Notes under the pieces: model-generated | Told to the model about the DNA's origin: nothing | Databases searched by the model: none | Seen by the model: only the letters and a program-made list of their open reading frames with translations | Shown here: positions 10,798 to 20,596 of the stretch, one piece after another | How positions within the stretch are numbered: position 1 is the stretch's first letter | How the letters are laid out: the number at the start of each line of letters is the position of its first letter | NCBI GenBank assembly: GCA_036337435.1 | Contig: JAYZEG010000005.1 | Span: 1 to 54,332, forward strand | DNA: 54,332 nucleotides | DNA from: Myxococcota bacterium | GTDB taxonomy: Bacteria; Myxococcota_A; Bradymonadia; UBA7976; UBA1532 | Direction of reading: 5' to 3' | Position numbers and translations under genes: made by a program

Positions 10798-12021
10798 TCA
10801 GTGACCTTCGCCCCTCAAGAATTCGGCATGCTCCATATAGAATCTTTGGTAATTGAAGGTGTCGACCAGTCCACCCAGTTGGCCGATTTGGTCGAGGTGG
10901 TCCGCTGGTACACACCCCCTGAATCGGCCCCATCGTGCCGACTCGACGGGGACGAGTCCATCGTTCGCTCTCAGTGCGCCGCCCAAATACAAAAAGCCCG
11001 TTAAAAATTCTGGTGCAATGCTATCTCCCCGTCTCGGTATCGGGAGTTCACTTCCGTTACATTCCGGTCGGCCGTCTGCCAGCAAGCCAGAAAAACCAGC
11101 GAAGCTATAGTAAGCGATCCGCGGATCGTTAGGATGGGCCTGATTGAATTCCACCATAGAGTCTACGGAGCAGCTCTGCATTGCGGCATTTAGGTTCGGG
11201 TCGTCGTTTGGCTGACCCCATACAATCCCCGAAAAAGCATCGACAAAGCCATCGACAATGCCGTCCACTGGACCGTCCGAGAGCCCCAGTAAAACATCGG
11301 CGATGGGTGTACCTCGATGCGGTGTCGACATGGTCGTGAGCGAGGCGATTCGGTCGCCAAAATCAAAACTTGAAATGAACAAACGTGCATCGATTCCGCC
11401 CTGAGAATGGGCGATTAAGTTGAGCTTTTCACTGCAGGTACACTGAAGGATGCGTTCTAATTGAGGCGCCAATTGCTGGACGCGAACCTCCGATGAGTTG
11501 AAGGGATCCGTGACTGTGATGTAGCTGGGGTAGCCAGCCGCATTCAGGCGGGCTGGGATACCGTAGAAATAGTCCCAGGGACCAAGCATTTCAAAGCCGC
11601 CCATCCCGTGAATAAACACGATAGGATAGTTCGTCATGGCGTTCTCGGCAGGCAGCTGCACATCGCTACAGTCAAGGTCTAAAGGGGGGCATGTTGAGCC
11701 CGCATCGGGTTGTAAGAGTGCTGCATCTATGGGTTTTGGCTCAGCAACATCGGTCTCCATATCGAGCGTCTGATCAGATGACTCAAAACCGTCATCATTT
11801 AGCCCTGAATCAGACGGTGTGTCGACGAAGACGTCAAAGCCGACATGTGCATCGCGAACGAGGGCTGAATCGGTCTTGTTCACGGGCGTATCCGTCGAGC
11901 CCATCGTTGAATCCAGCATCGTCTCTACACGGTCTGTTTGCGAGGCCGAACGGTGATCACATCCCACCAGGAAGGGCGCTAAAGAGAGACAAATTAAGGC
12001 AAAATTGAAGCTCGGATTCAT
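10798..12021 (-). CDS. Lipoprotein triacylglycerol lipase (family I-like alpha/beta hydrolase)
   Basis: Lipobox LVGC, YPIVFIHG, AHSQG nucleophile elbow, TPHRGT, NDGLV, DHLDQIG. Start inferred at ATG 12021. Confidence 0.88.
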   Translation of the reverse strand: MNPSFNFALICLSLAPFLVGCDHRSASQTDRVETMLDSTMGSTDTPVNKTDSALVRDAHVGFDVFVDTPSDSGLNDDGFESSDQTLDMETDVAEPKPIDAALLQPDAGSTCPPLDLDCSDVQLPAENAMTNYPIVFIHGMGGFEMLGPWDYFYGIPARLNAAGYPSYITVTDPFNSSEVRVQQLAPQLERILQCTCSEKLNLIAHSQGGIDARLFISSFDFGDRIASLTTMSTPHRGTPIADVLLGLSDGPVDGIVDGFVDAFSGIVWGQPNDDPNLNAAMQSCSVDSMVEFNQAHPNDPRIAYYSFAGFSGLLADGRPECNGSELPIPRRGDSIAPEFLTGFLYLGGALRANDGLVPVESARWGRFRGCVPADHLDQIGQLGGLVDTFNYQRFYMEHAEFLRGEGH

Positions 12022-12165
12022 GGTAGCCTTTGGCTGGGTAATCATTGAGAGCGGTTCGCACTGAGCACGATAGCGGATCTGACCAAACCCGTCAGCTGTC
12101 AATGTTCGCAATGTGGCTGCTATTTGGTGCATTATGCAGACAAAAGACCTGATGTGGAGGGCGTA

Positions 12166-14988
12166 ATGAAAAACTTGAGAGGCCTGTTTTATAGTTCACA
12201 TAGTCCCGAAGGTTCATCGGCCTCCGCTGGACTCCCCGTCATTGGTGTTCTTCTCTCCATCATGCTGGGTTGCGAAGACATCAGTGCGAGTAAAACCCCA
12301 ACACTTGTTATCGATCCGGCAGCGGTTGCGTTTTCAGTGCCTGATGACCTCAATGAGGTCAGTGTTCGCCGTGTAACGATGAGCAATGACGGAACTGCAT
12401 CGCTCATCGTCTCCAGCATTCGAGTTGCCGAAGACGATGATATCACTGAGTTAAGTCTCCTCGATTCAGATGATTTTTCAGATATCGTCCGCCTGGAGCC
12501 AGGGGCGACTCGTGAACTTGCAATCGCTTGGCGCCTTCGTGACGCAGTCAGCGACCAAGGCCGCTTAATCGTGACCAGTAATGCAGGAGATGATGTGGTC
12601 GTTCCAATCACAACGCCAGACATCGACCCGGAGATATCAGTGGACTCAACTCCGCCTGGAGTGTTTCAGGGCGATGTGCTTGAGGTCGTTTTGGATCAAA
12701 GCTTCGAAGGAATAGGTCAGACGGCTTTATTCCAAGTCCGGAATCCGAGTTTAGCCCCCTTGTCGATTCGGACTATTTGTCGCCTCCAGCCCGACAGTGG
12801 CGATTGCTTGGAGGACTCATCCGATGAGCTTGGTGTGTTTCGGATCTGCCATGGGCATGTAGATGAAGAGTCTGATTGTTTGGAACCGGAAACCGGACAA
12901 ACGTTGCAAAATGATGAGACGTATCAATTCTCAGTTCGCTATTCGGCCCTGGAAGATGGGCAAATGCGAATCCTCTTGGAGTCTAATGCGGCCCAACAAC
13001 CCCAGTTTATTGTGCGCATTCGCGGTTCCGTATGCCGTCGCCTATCTAATGGTGACCTCTGTGGTCGCTGTGGAAATGGGCAGGTCGATCCGGGAGAGGC
13101 CTGCGATGATGGCAATGTCGACCCGCACGATGCTTGCCAGAATCAATGCACCGTACCGCGATGTGGCGACGGAATTATTCGAGAGGGCACTGAGGCATGC
13201 GACGATGGCAATAGCGACGATACCGATGATTGTACAAGTGAATGTCTCATTGCACGCTGTGGTGATGGGTTTGTCCATGGGATGGATGAACAATGCGATG
13301 ATGGCAACGATGATGACTCGGATTCATGTTTAAGTACGTGTCGAACTGCGTTTTGTGGCGATGGGTTTATCCAGACTGGCACGGAAGTATGTGATGATGG
13401 AAACAGGATCGAGACCGATGGTTGCCTCAATGATTGTACGCCCGCTCGCTGTGGTGATGGCATTATCATGGCATTTCTGGAGGGGTGCGATGATGGCAAT
13501 CAGGATAATTCTGATGCCTGTACAGCATCTTGTGAACCGGCCCGTTGCGGAGACGGGTTCGTCTGGGCGGGGGTGGAAACGTGTGACGATGGCAATCAAC
13601 AGACCGAGTGGTGTGCGCCAGGCGAGTTGGACTGTGTGGTCTGTGACGCGTCTTGTCAGCGGGTACCGGGCGCGACTCGAATATGCGGAGACGGACAGGT
13701 CCAAGCCCCCGAGACATGCGATGACGGGAACACCACAACAGAAACTTGTCCATATGGACAACGAAATTGCACGGTGTGTGATGAAGCCTGCAATGAGCGG
13801 CCAGGGCAGGTGTCCTATTGCGGTGACGGCGTTATCGATGCAGAGCATGATGAGAGTTGCGATGATGCAAATGATAATGCGGTGGATGGGTGTGACAGGT
13901 GTCGCGTTTCGCTCTGCGGAGATGGGCGCGTCACCCCACCAGAGCAGTGTGATGACGGCAATACAGTCACCGAGGCATGTGACTATGGGCTCGAGCAATG
14001 CGCGATTTGTGATGCGCAATGCCAAATCACCGTCGGTGCTGCGCGCTACTGCGGTGACAACATCATCGATGATGAAGAGCTTTGTGATGGCACTCCAGGT
14101 TGTGCCGATGACTGCCAGAGCATCCTGCCGGTGAGGGGAGACACTCTGTACGGTGACCCCTGTCAGTGTGGTTCAGAATGCCAAAGTGGTTTTTGTCTAT
14201 CCAACCCGCACAACAATGGGCAAGGACAGTGCTCACAGACTTGTGACCCGGAGCGTGTCTGTCCTGGTATTGACCGCTGTGTCCAAACTGTGTACCCAGC
14301 CCCGTCGGGTAATTGCCCAGACCCAGGCCTGCCATTTGAGGTGGGACAACGGGTCGATATTTGTGCTCCAAATGAAACCGGTGAAGTTTGTAATGGCCCA
14401 GCCGATTGCCCGATTGATGGTGTTTGCGTCACGGCACCGAATCCAGTGCCAGCCCAGGTCGCAGTTCCTGCTCAATGTGGCGCAAGATGCGATGGAGACA
14501 ATCAATGCCCGGCAGGTTATCGGTGTGATTTAGTCGCTGATCAACTCGGTCAAGATATCCGCGTCTGTATTCCAGACATTGCGATCTCAGGGTGTGCTGG
14601 TGGAAATTTTCTGGAGTGTGCTGGCACCTGCCCGGTTGGTTTCAATGAGCAAGAGATAGACGTACTCACTTGCCTTCAGCCCGGGAATGGTATCGATGGC
14701 TACTGCAGCTGCTTCTGCAGGACGGCAGCCGATTGCCCAGTCGGTTTTGGGTGCGACCCACGTCTTTTTAGTGGGCGTGTGGGACGACCACATATTTGCT
14801 TGCCTGTTGCAGGCTATATTTGCCCGGGTGGCAATCAAAACTTGTGTTTGTCGGCAAGCTGTTTGTTCGACCAAGAGACAGGCCTGAATCAGTGTACCGC
14901 AGCCTGCCTGAACGATTTAGACTGTCCACGAAACTTCCGATGTGTCGAGATTCCCGGCGCCGATGACGCGTATTGCGAACCCCTTTAA
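12166..14988 (+). CDS. Large Cys-rich surface lipoprotein: N-terminal Ig-like (ASH/choice-of-anchor D-like) domains, CGDG (DUF4215-type) repeats, Cys-rich C-terminus
   Basis: GGAGG RBS before ATG 12166, lipobox MLGC, about 10 CGDG..E.CDDGN units. Confidence 0.85.
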   Translation: MKNLRGLFYSSHSPEGSSASAGLPVIGVLLSIMLGCEDISASKTPTLVIDPAAVAFSVPDDLNEVSVRRVTMSNDGTASLIVSSIRVAEDDDITELSLLDSDDFSDIVRLEPGATRELAIAWRLRDAVSDQGRLIVTSNAGDDVVVPITTPDIDPEISVDSTPPGVFQGDVLEVVLDQSFEGIGQTALFQVRNPSLAPLSIRTICRLQPDSGDCLEDSSDELGVFRICHGHVDEESDCLEPETGQTLQNDETYQFSVRYSALEDGQMRILLESNAAQQPQFIVRIRGSVCRRLSNGDLCGRCGNGQVDPGEACDDGNVDPHDACQNQCTVPRCGDGIIREGTEACDDGNSDDTDDCTSECLIARCGDGFVHGMDEQCDDGNDDDSDSCLSTCRTAFCGDGFIQTGTEVCDDGNRIETDGCLNDCTPARCGDGIIMAFLEGCDDGNQDNSDACTASCEPARCGDGFVWAGVETCDDGNQQTEWCAPGELDCVVCDASCQRVPGATRICGDGQVQAPETCDDGNTTTETCPYGQRNCTVCDEACNERPGQVSYCGDGVIDAEHDESCDDANDNAVDGCDRCRVSLCGDGRVTPPEQCDDGNTVTEACDYGLEQCAICDAQCQITVGAARYCGDNIIDDEELCDGTPGCADDCQSILPVRGDTLYGDPCQCGSECQSGFCLSNPHNNGQGQCSQTCDPERVCPGIDRCVQTVYPAPSGNCPDPGLPFEVGQRVDICAPNETGEVCNGPADCPIDGVCVTAPNPVPAQVAVPAQCGARCDGDNQCPAGYRCDLVADQLGQDIRVCIPDIAISGCAGGNFLECAGTCPVGFNEQEIDVLTCLQPGNGIDGYCSCFCRTAADCPVGFGCDPRLFSGRVGRPHICLPVAGYICPGGNQNLCLSASCLFDQETGLNQCTAACLNDLDCPRNFRCVEIPGADDAYCEPL
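13069..14115 (+). repeat. About 10 tandem Cys-rich protein repeats (CG[DN]G...E.CDDGN)
   Basis: Counted in the translation. Three units carry a longer variant (TExCxxG..CxxCDxxC). Confidence 0.85.
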
Positions 14989-14990
14989 CG

Positions 14991-16154
14991 TCAGCGAAGT
15001 AGCCCCTGCATGGCTTGACTTAAGCTCCCCGCTGGACCCCGGTCTGCGTAAATGTACTCAAAGCTCGCTGCGTCGATGAGCGCGTTAAAGGGCAGGCCAA
15101 AGCGGCCATCAGGTCCCACATAGGGCCACATGTTTTGAAAGATTGTTGCGAAAGCGCGGCCACCGGTATGATCTAGAAAAATACTGTCTAGCGGCATATC
15201 ATATTGGTTTGCGTATTGCTGGCAATAGCGTTGTGTTGCGGGCATGTGGTCGGGTGATTCGCTCAAGATCACCGCAGCTTTGAGGCCATTGACCTGTGGA
15301 TTATTGAGCATCGAGACGACTTGGGGCATCCAGCCAGAACATGCCCCACACCAACCTGCAGTCAGAACAAACCAGCCCGCTTTAGCGCCGGCAAAATGGT
15401 CGCTCATACTGACTTGCTCTCCAGTTCCGCAGTTTGTGAGTGCGAAGTCGTTCACCGTATCTCCGACACAAGCGAGGTTTGGATTGTCACATTGGCTGGG
15501 TCGACCACCGCTGCCTCCACCACCTGGATTATCACCTCCCGAATGGGGGATCGTTCCATCGTACGCTTCGTCAATTGTAAAATCATTCAAACACCATTGA
15601 TCCCCACCATCGACGGGGATAGAGAGTTCGTCACTCACGGTCACATGGTCAAATACGAGATTCTTGAGTGTCGCTGTAAATCGATTGTCACTGAGACTCT
15701 GAATATCGATCTCTCCCTGCGATGCATAAAACACCTTTGTGCAGGCGCCTCGCTGGGTGCAATCACTCATAATCAGCGGACAGATGCCGCAATCTTTGTA
15801 ATTGACACCATCCATGACCACGACGCCCGGCTCACGGGGGGCAGTTGCCCGGCCTGAGTACAATCGGATGATCAGGTTGTCGATTGGGGCTGTTTCGGAT
15901 GTGATCGCTCGAATCTGCAGTCCGTATTCTTGGACTGAGACCTCAGTGCTGATGATATCGATTCCGTTTTTCTCGCACGTCACTGGCTCCATGACATCAT
16001 CCGGGAGCATCCCGCCTCCCATCGTGCCAGCTGCAGTGTTGTCTCCGGATAAGTCGATGGTCTCTCCACTTGAACTAGACTCTCCGCTACAGCCGATGGA
16101 AAAAGAGGCCAAAACGCACGCCACCACGATACGAACGCCAGTATGAAAAACCAT
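14991..16154 (-). CDS. Lipoprotein with CxxC domain and thioredoxin-fold (WCGAC) domain, paralog of 134..1501
   Basis: Lipobox SIGC, CGIC, AGWCGAC, plus RYCQQYA, LDH.G.RAF and DGRFGLP blocks shared with 134..1501. Confidence 0.75.
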   Translation of the reverse strand: MVFHTGVRIVVACVLASFSIGCSGESSSSGETIDLSGDNTAAGTMGGGMLPDDVMEPVTCEKNGIDIISTEVSVQEYGLQIRAITSETAPIDNLIIRLYSGRATAPREPGVVVMDGVNYKDCGICPLIMSDCTQRGACTKVFYASQGEIDIQSLSDNRFTATLKNLVFDHVTVSDELSIPVDGGDQWCLNDFTIDEAYDGTIPHSGGDNPGGGGSGGRPSQCDNPNLACVGDTVNDFALTNCGTGEQVSMSDHFAGAKAGWFVLTAGWCGACSGWMPQVVSMLNNPQVNGLKAAVILSESPDHMPATQRYCQQYANQYDMPLDSIFLDHTGGRAFATIFQNMWPYVGPDGRFGLPFNALIDAASFEYIYADRGPAGSLSQAMQGLLR

Positions 16155-16439
16155 GAAAAGCTCCCGAAACGGTTTGCATAGGATTTCAAGTTTAGCGTCC
16201 TATCCGCTTGGTTCTCAAGGTTATCCTCATTTTTATGTCACATTCCTGCATGCGCGCGCTCTTCTGTCGCTTGACTCTCACGGCCGATGTTGTTTCCCGA
16301 AGTAGATTTAGTCTGCTGTCCCGTGGGCGATTTAGATATGCTCTGAGGGGAACAGGCTGGAACACGGACCCTTGTTTACCTGCGCTTATTGGTAAAAATA
16401 TGGCGCTCTTATGCCCGTCGGCGCATACTCACAATTGGG

Positions 16440-17621
16440 ATGACTGATCATAAACCAAAATGCGGGCTCGTGTTGTCGGGCGGCGGTGCTCGAGGTGCCT
16501 ACGAAGCTGGTATCGCCTACTATCTGTTCGTAGACGGGCCAAGCGAATTAAGAGAAGCGGCTCATTTCAGTGTGCTTTCAGGGACGTCTATCGGCGCACT
16601 CAGCGTGAGTGCCATCGCATCAGCTCTTCACCAGCCATCGGTGGGCGTCAGGCAGTTTACAGAATTGTGGCGTTCACTCAGCCTTGAGCAAATTCTGCAT
16701 TTGTCACTGGGTGACATCGTATCATTGCCAGGTTGGCTCATGGGCCGTTCCAAACGCGAGGCGGTTTTTCCAGGTGAGCCGGTGAAGGCAATTCTTGATG
16801 ACGCAATCGATTGGAATCAGATCCATGTCAATCTCGCCAACGGACTCGTCGATGCGATTTCGATTTCGGCAACTCAAGTGCCCACCGGGAAAAGTGTTGT
16901 CTTCTATGAGACCAGCGACGGACGTCCGCGAAAGTTTTCGCGAGACCCACATGTTCGACCGGTTCATGCTCGACTTAAGGCGGAACACACATTGGCGTCA
17001 GCAGCGATTCCCTTTGTATTCCCACCGGTGCCAATCGACGGCATTCCCTATGTCGATGGCGGGTTGAGGCAAAACACCCCCCTTTCGCCGGCTTTAAGGC
17101 TAGGTTCTGATCGACTCTTGGTCGTTGGTCTGGGCACCCATAAGGGTGATGGTGATGACTTACCCAAGCATACGAATGCAAGTCCGGTAAACGTCTTAGC
17201 CAAAGTTTTAAACGCACTCATGCTCGATCATGTTGATTACGATCTAATACGGCTTGGGCATGTGAATCGATTACTCGGTGACGGCAAAGACGTATTCGGT
17301 GAGCAATTTGTTGATCGTTTGAACCAAATGGTCGCGCCAATTCGGGGCGCAAAGTATCGGATCATGCCGCATGTCGTGCTCAGACCGTCTCGAGATCTGG
17401 GTGTGATGGCCGCCGAACATGTACGCGAACAGAAGCTTCGCTCGTCTCGCAGTTTGATCGCTCGTGTTGTCCGCACTTTGGCACGCATGGAGAGCTATGA
17501 CGAGGCGGACCTCGTCAGTTACCTCCTTTTTGATGGTGGCTATTGTGAAAAACTCATCAACCTCGGTTTAGAGGACGCTAAAGCCCGACGGGACGACCTG
17601 ATTCGCCTGTTCACTGATTGA
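16440..17621 (+). CDS. Patatin-like phospholipase
   Basis: SGGGARGAY, GTSIG and DGG motifs. Start inferred at ATG 16440. Confidence 0.92.
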   Translation: MTDHKPKCGLVLSGGGARGAYEAGIAYYLFVDGPSELREAAHFSVLSGTSIGALSVSAIASALHQPSVGVRQFTELWRSLSLEQILHLSLGDIVSLPGWLMGRSKREAVFPGEPVKAILDDAIDWNQIHVNLANGLVDAISISATQVPTGKSVVFYETSDGRPRKFSRDPHVRPVHARLKAEHTLASAAIPFVFPPVPIDGIPYVDGGLRQNTPLSPALRLGSDRLLVVGLGTHKGDGDDLPKHTNASPVNVLAKVLNALMLDHVDYDLIRLGHVNRLLGDGKDVFGEQFVDRLNQMVAPIRGAKYRIMPHVVLRPSRDLGVMAAEHVREQKLRSSRSLIARVVRTLARMESYDEADLVSYLLFDGGYCEKLINLGLEDAKARRDDLIRLFTD

Positions 17622-17644
17622 GACGCTACCCTATGACGGCAGGC

Positions 17645-20563
17645 TTAGAAATCGGTTGCATCGCGGCAGCGCACGCCAAACCCCGATAGCACCACAGGCG
17701 ACCGATTTCGTCCGAGTCCCATCCAAATGGCGCGTTCATTTTCACGCTCGCTGAAGTCCGCGATGGAAACGCCATGGAATGAGTGGCTTAAAATGGCTGT
17801 GGACCGCACATTAAGGAGCCGGCCCCAGTGGTTGCCTTCTGTACTCAAATCATGAGCCTGAATATTGAGCGTTTGCTGTATGTCATCGAAGTCGGGTGCA
17901 GTTGGGTCTAGGTCTTCAGTGACTGCGATTGCGAGGTTGTCATGGGCTGAGAACGCAACGGAGCGAACCCATTTTCGCGAGACCGCTTGGCGCCAGCCTA
18001 GCCTTGCAAAATGTACCTCCAGTGATTTGCCGTCGATGATTCGTGCGGGCCGCATCTGGTCGCTGATGGACGGTCGGAATGGAAGACGGCGATCCGCGAC
18101 TGTGATGGCCATGTTGAGTTCGGGGGTCTCTACGACGGACCATCCTGCTCGCGTGATTCGCAAAAGGTGTAGCGCATGATCGTCACCCGTTGCTGCCATC
18201 AGGTAGGTGACATCGTTACCGCCTTCCCGACGTTTCACCGGCGGACTGAGCCAATGAGTCGCCCCGAAAGGGTAGGCAACTTCAGCTGGCTCACCGATGA
18301 ATTCCCCATCTGACACCCGATAGTCAAAGCGGCGATTTGCGCAGTAGATATGTGTCGATGTGCCGTCAGCTTCACCGTAGGTCTCCATGTGATAGACGCG
18401 TTCGCATGGCGCGGCTGTGGTCCGCACGACACCGGGCCTGAGATGCCAGAACAAAACCTTGCTTGATGCGTCTTGGGCGTTGCCCCCGTCGACGGCGGTC
18501 GACCCGTCGCTATGGCCCGCATCCGCGAGCCCAAGATCGCTCGACGCGTCGACACCCGAATCCGAGTTCACTGTTGCATCGGAATTGATACCGGCATCCA
18601 CGCCGCTATCGAGTCCATCAGCGGGCTCCGAAATCATGTCGTTTGACCACGGTTCAGCGACCGTGCAGGCAGGAGAGCACCCGACCATATTGTTTTCATC
18701 GCTCAATTGTGTCTCAGCGCTGATCACGAATACGGCACCGTCGCCACTGAATCCGGTGATGGAGTGTCCGCCAGGCCAGCACCCGAGGCAATCGTTACGG
18801 CCTTGGCTCAGCGTATGCAACTCAACGCGACCGTCATAGCCGACAGTAGCCAGTGGACCCTCATCACCCAGTCTGACAAACCAAGGTCCCTCCAGGCTTT
18901 CGCTCGCAGGCAGCGTAATGTCATCAAAGGCAAAGCTGAAGTGGCAGCATAGGTGCCCGTATGAGTATCCGTCGCAATCACGATCAGTATGGTCACAGGC
19001 TTCCGGTGAGCGAGACGGACAGACGGACTCTGCAGCTTTTGGAACAGGTGCGGTCTGGATCAATGTGTCTCGTACCGCCACCGGTTCGCCTCGGATTTCG
19101 TCCCAGACGAGAGAGAAAATCGCACCGCCTGTGGCACTGATTAAGCCCAGGCGTGGTTGCTCTAGGCCATCAACAAAGCGAATTTGGCCTTGTTCGAACA
19201 GCAGGGCTTGACCATGACTCACCGTCGCCGTTTTGCCATTAGGGATTGGATTTGTCCACGCCAAGGCCGAGCTGGTTTCAACCAGAGTCATCTGGCCACT
19301 CTGAACGAGCGGTGGTTGGTTAGATGCATCACTCTCGTCACCACCATCGAGCTCGGCCTCCCCAGAGTCGGGCGCAGTGTTCATTGCATCGGAAGAGACC
19401 TCGCCATCTAGGTGAGCATCGTTGTTGGATCCATCGTTGACACCTGCGTCCGACGGGTCAGAACCCATATCGCCTGCGTCAGTTATTTGGTTTTCATTTG
19501 GTGGGTCGGGTTGTGGCTCAGCAAATTCAGCCGTCAGGCCCACAGGATAGATGCGCTCTCCCGGCCGGAGATCCCACGCGAGAACCTCTTCGGCAGTCTG
19601 ACCGACACCATAGACGCCTGGATCGTCTAAATTGATGGGTCCACGACCGATCAATCGGGTATTCGGAGCGGTTCCGCAGCGCCACGTCCCCAATTCTTCA
19701 TCTGGCCCGGTCGAAGTGCCCTGAATCAACGCGCAGATCCCGTCCTCATAAGCGAAGATCCAGTGGGTCCCACTGGTCGTAATATCTACAGGCCTCGGTC
19801 GGTTTCTAGCGTCTATGCGAGGTACGGAGGTCAAGGCATCACTCAGCACGACCATCGCGATGTTTCGTGTCTCATCCTGGGTTGGTTGCCCGAGCACGAT
19901 CACCTGGTCTGAGTCAGTTGCCCCAGCACTCCGGGAGCCAAGTTGTATATCACCAAAGATGCCGAGCTCGATGGCATCATGGTTTACGCTCGTCAGGTCG
20001 ATGCCCAGCCAGCCTTGTTCGCGTTCTCCTGGTAAGAATATCCAGCCAGGATGGCCATCACTCTGATTGGGTGGGCGGTGCCCTTTAATTTGTCCCTCGA
20101 ACGGCGGATAAAAACCGATTTCCTGACTCTCATTTTCGATGAGTTGAACCCGCGTCGGATCGATGGGTCCGGCCGGCGGCACCCCACCCTCGTTGACCGG
20201 TGCAATTGTTGCCGTGAAGTGTTTTACAAAAAGACGACCGCCACGCCACCAAGCGACGATGGTTTCATCCCCACCACCGAGTACAACATATTCATTGGTT
20301 CTTGGGTGCTGGTCGGGTGGTACGTCAACCACATAATCAGGCAGGCTTGAATCAAACGGCGTCGCGTCAGCGATGACCCTTGCGTCGACAACTGGCGCAG
20401 CATCAACAATTTGTGCATCGGGGTCGACAGTGGCATCGGTCTCGATGGAGGTTCGAGCATCCGGCTCGAGGGCCAGTTTGACGCTTGGCACCTGTTCATC
20501 GCAGGCGCAGATCAATATCATCAGGACGGCAACAAGGCATGGGCGTTGATTGAGCTTGGTCAT
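17645..20563 (-). CDS. Large hypothetical lipoprotein with acidic linkers and one CD.xD.DCDG putative metal-binding motif
   Basis: Lipobox ICAC, PEACDHTDRDCDG motif, 972-aa uninterrupted ORF co-oriented with the amylase gene. Confidence 0.7.
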   Translation of the reverse strand: MTKLNQRPCLVAVLMILICACDEQVPSVKLALEPDARTSIETDATVDPDAQIVDAAPVVDARVIADATPFDSSLPDYVVDVPPDQHPRTNEYVVLGGGDETIVAWWRGGRLFVKHFTATIAPVNEGGVPPAGPIDPTRVQLIENESQEIGFYPPFEGQIKGHRPPNQSDGHPGWIFLPGEREQGWLGIDLTSVNHDAIELGIFGDIQLGSRSAGATDSDQVIVLGQPTQDETRNIAMVVLSDALTSVPRIDARNRPRPVDITTSGTHWIFAYEDGICALIQGTSTGPDEELGTWRCGTAPNTRLIGRGPINLDDPGVYGVGQTAEEVLAWDLRPGERIYPVGLTAEFAEPQPDPPNENQITDAGDMGSDPSDAGVNDGSNNDAHLDGEVSSDAMNTAPDSGEAELDGGDESDASNQPPLVQSGQMTLVETSSALAWTNPIPNGKTATVSHGQALLFEQGQIRFVDGLEQPRLGLISATGGAIFSLVWDEIRGEPVAVRDTLIQTAPVPKAAESVCPSRSPEACDHTDRDCDGYSYGHLCCHFSFAFDDITLPASESLEGPWFVRLGDEGPLATVGYDGRVELHTLSQGRNDCLGCWPGGHSITGFSGDGAVFVISAETQLSDENNMVGCSPACTVAEPWSNDMISEPADGLDSGVDAGINSDATVNSDSGVDASSDLGLADAGHSDGSTAVDGGNAQDASSKVLFWHLRPGVVRTTAAPCERVYHMETYGEADGTSTHIYCANRRFDYRVSDGEFIGEPAEVAYPFGATHWLSPPVKRREGGNDVTYLMAATGDDHALHLLRITRAGWSVVETPELNMAITVADRRLPFRPSISDQMRPARIIDGKSLEVHFARLGWRQAVSRKWVRSVAFSAHDNLAIAVTEDLDPTAPDFDDIQQTLNIQAHDLSTEGNHWGRLLNVRSTAILSHSFHGVSIADFSERENERAIWMGLGRNRSPVVLSGFGVRCRDATDF

Positions 20564-20596
20564 GTTGCTTTCATATCGGAAAAACGGGTGTCGCGT

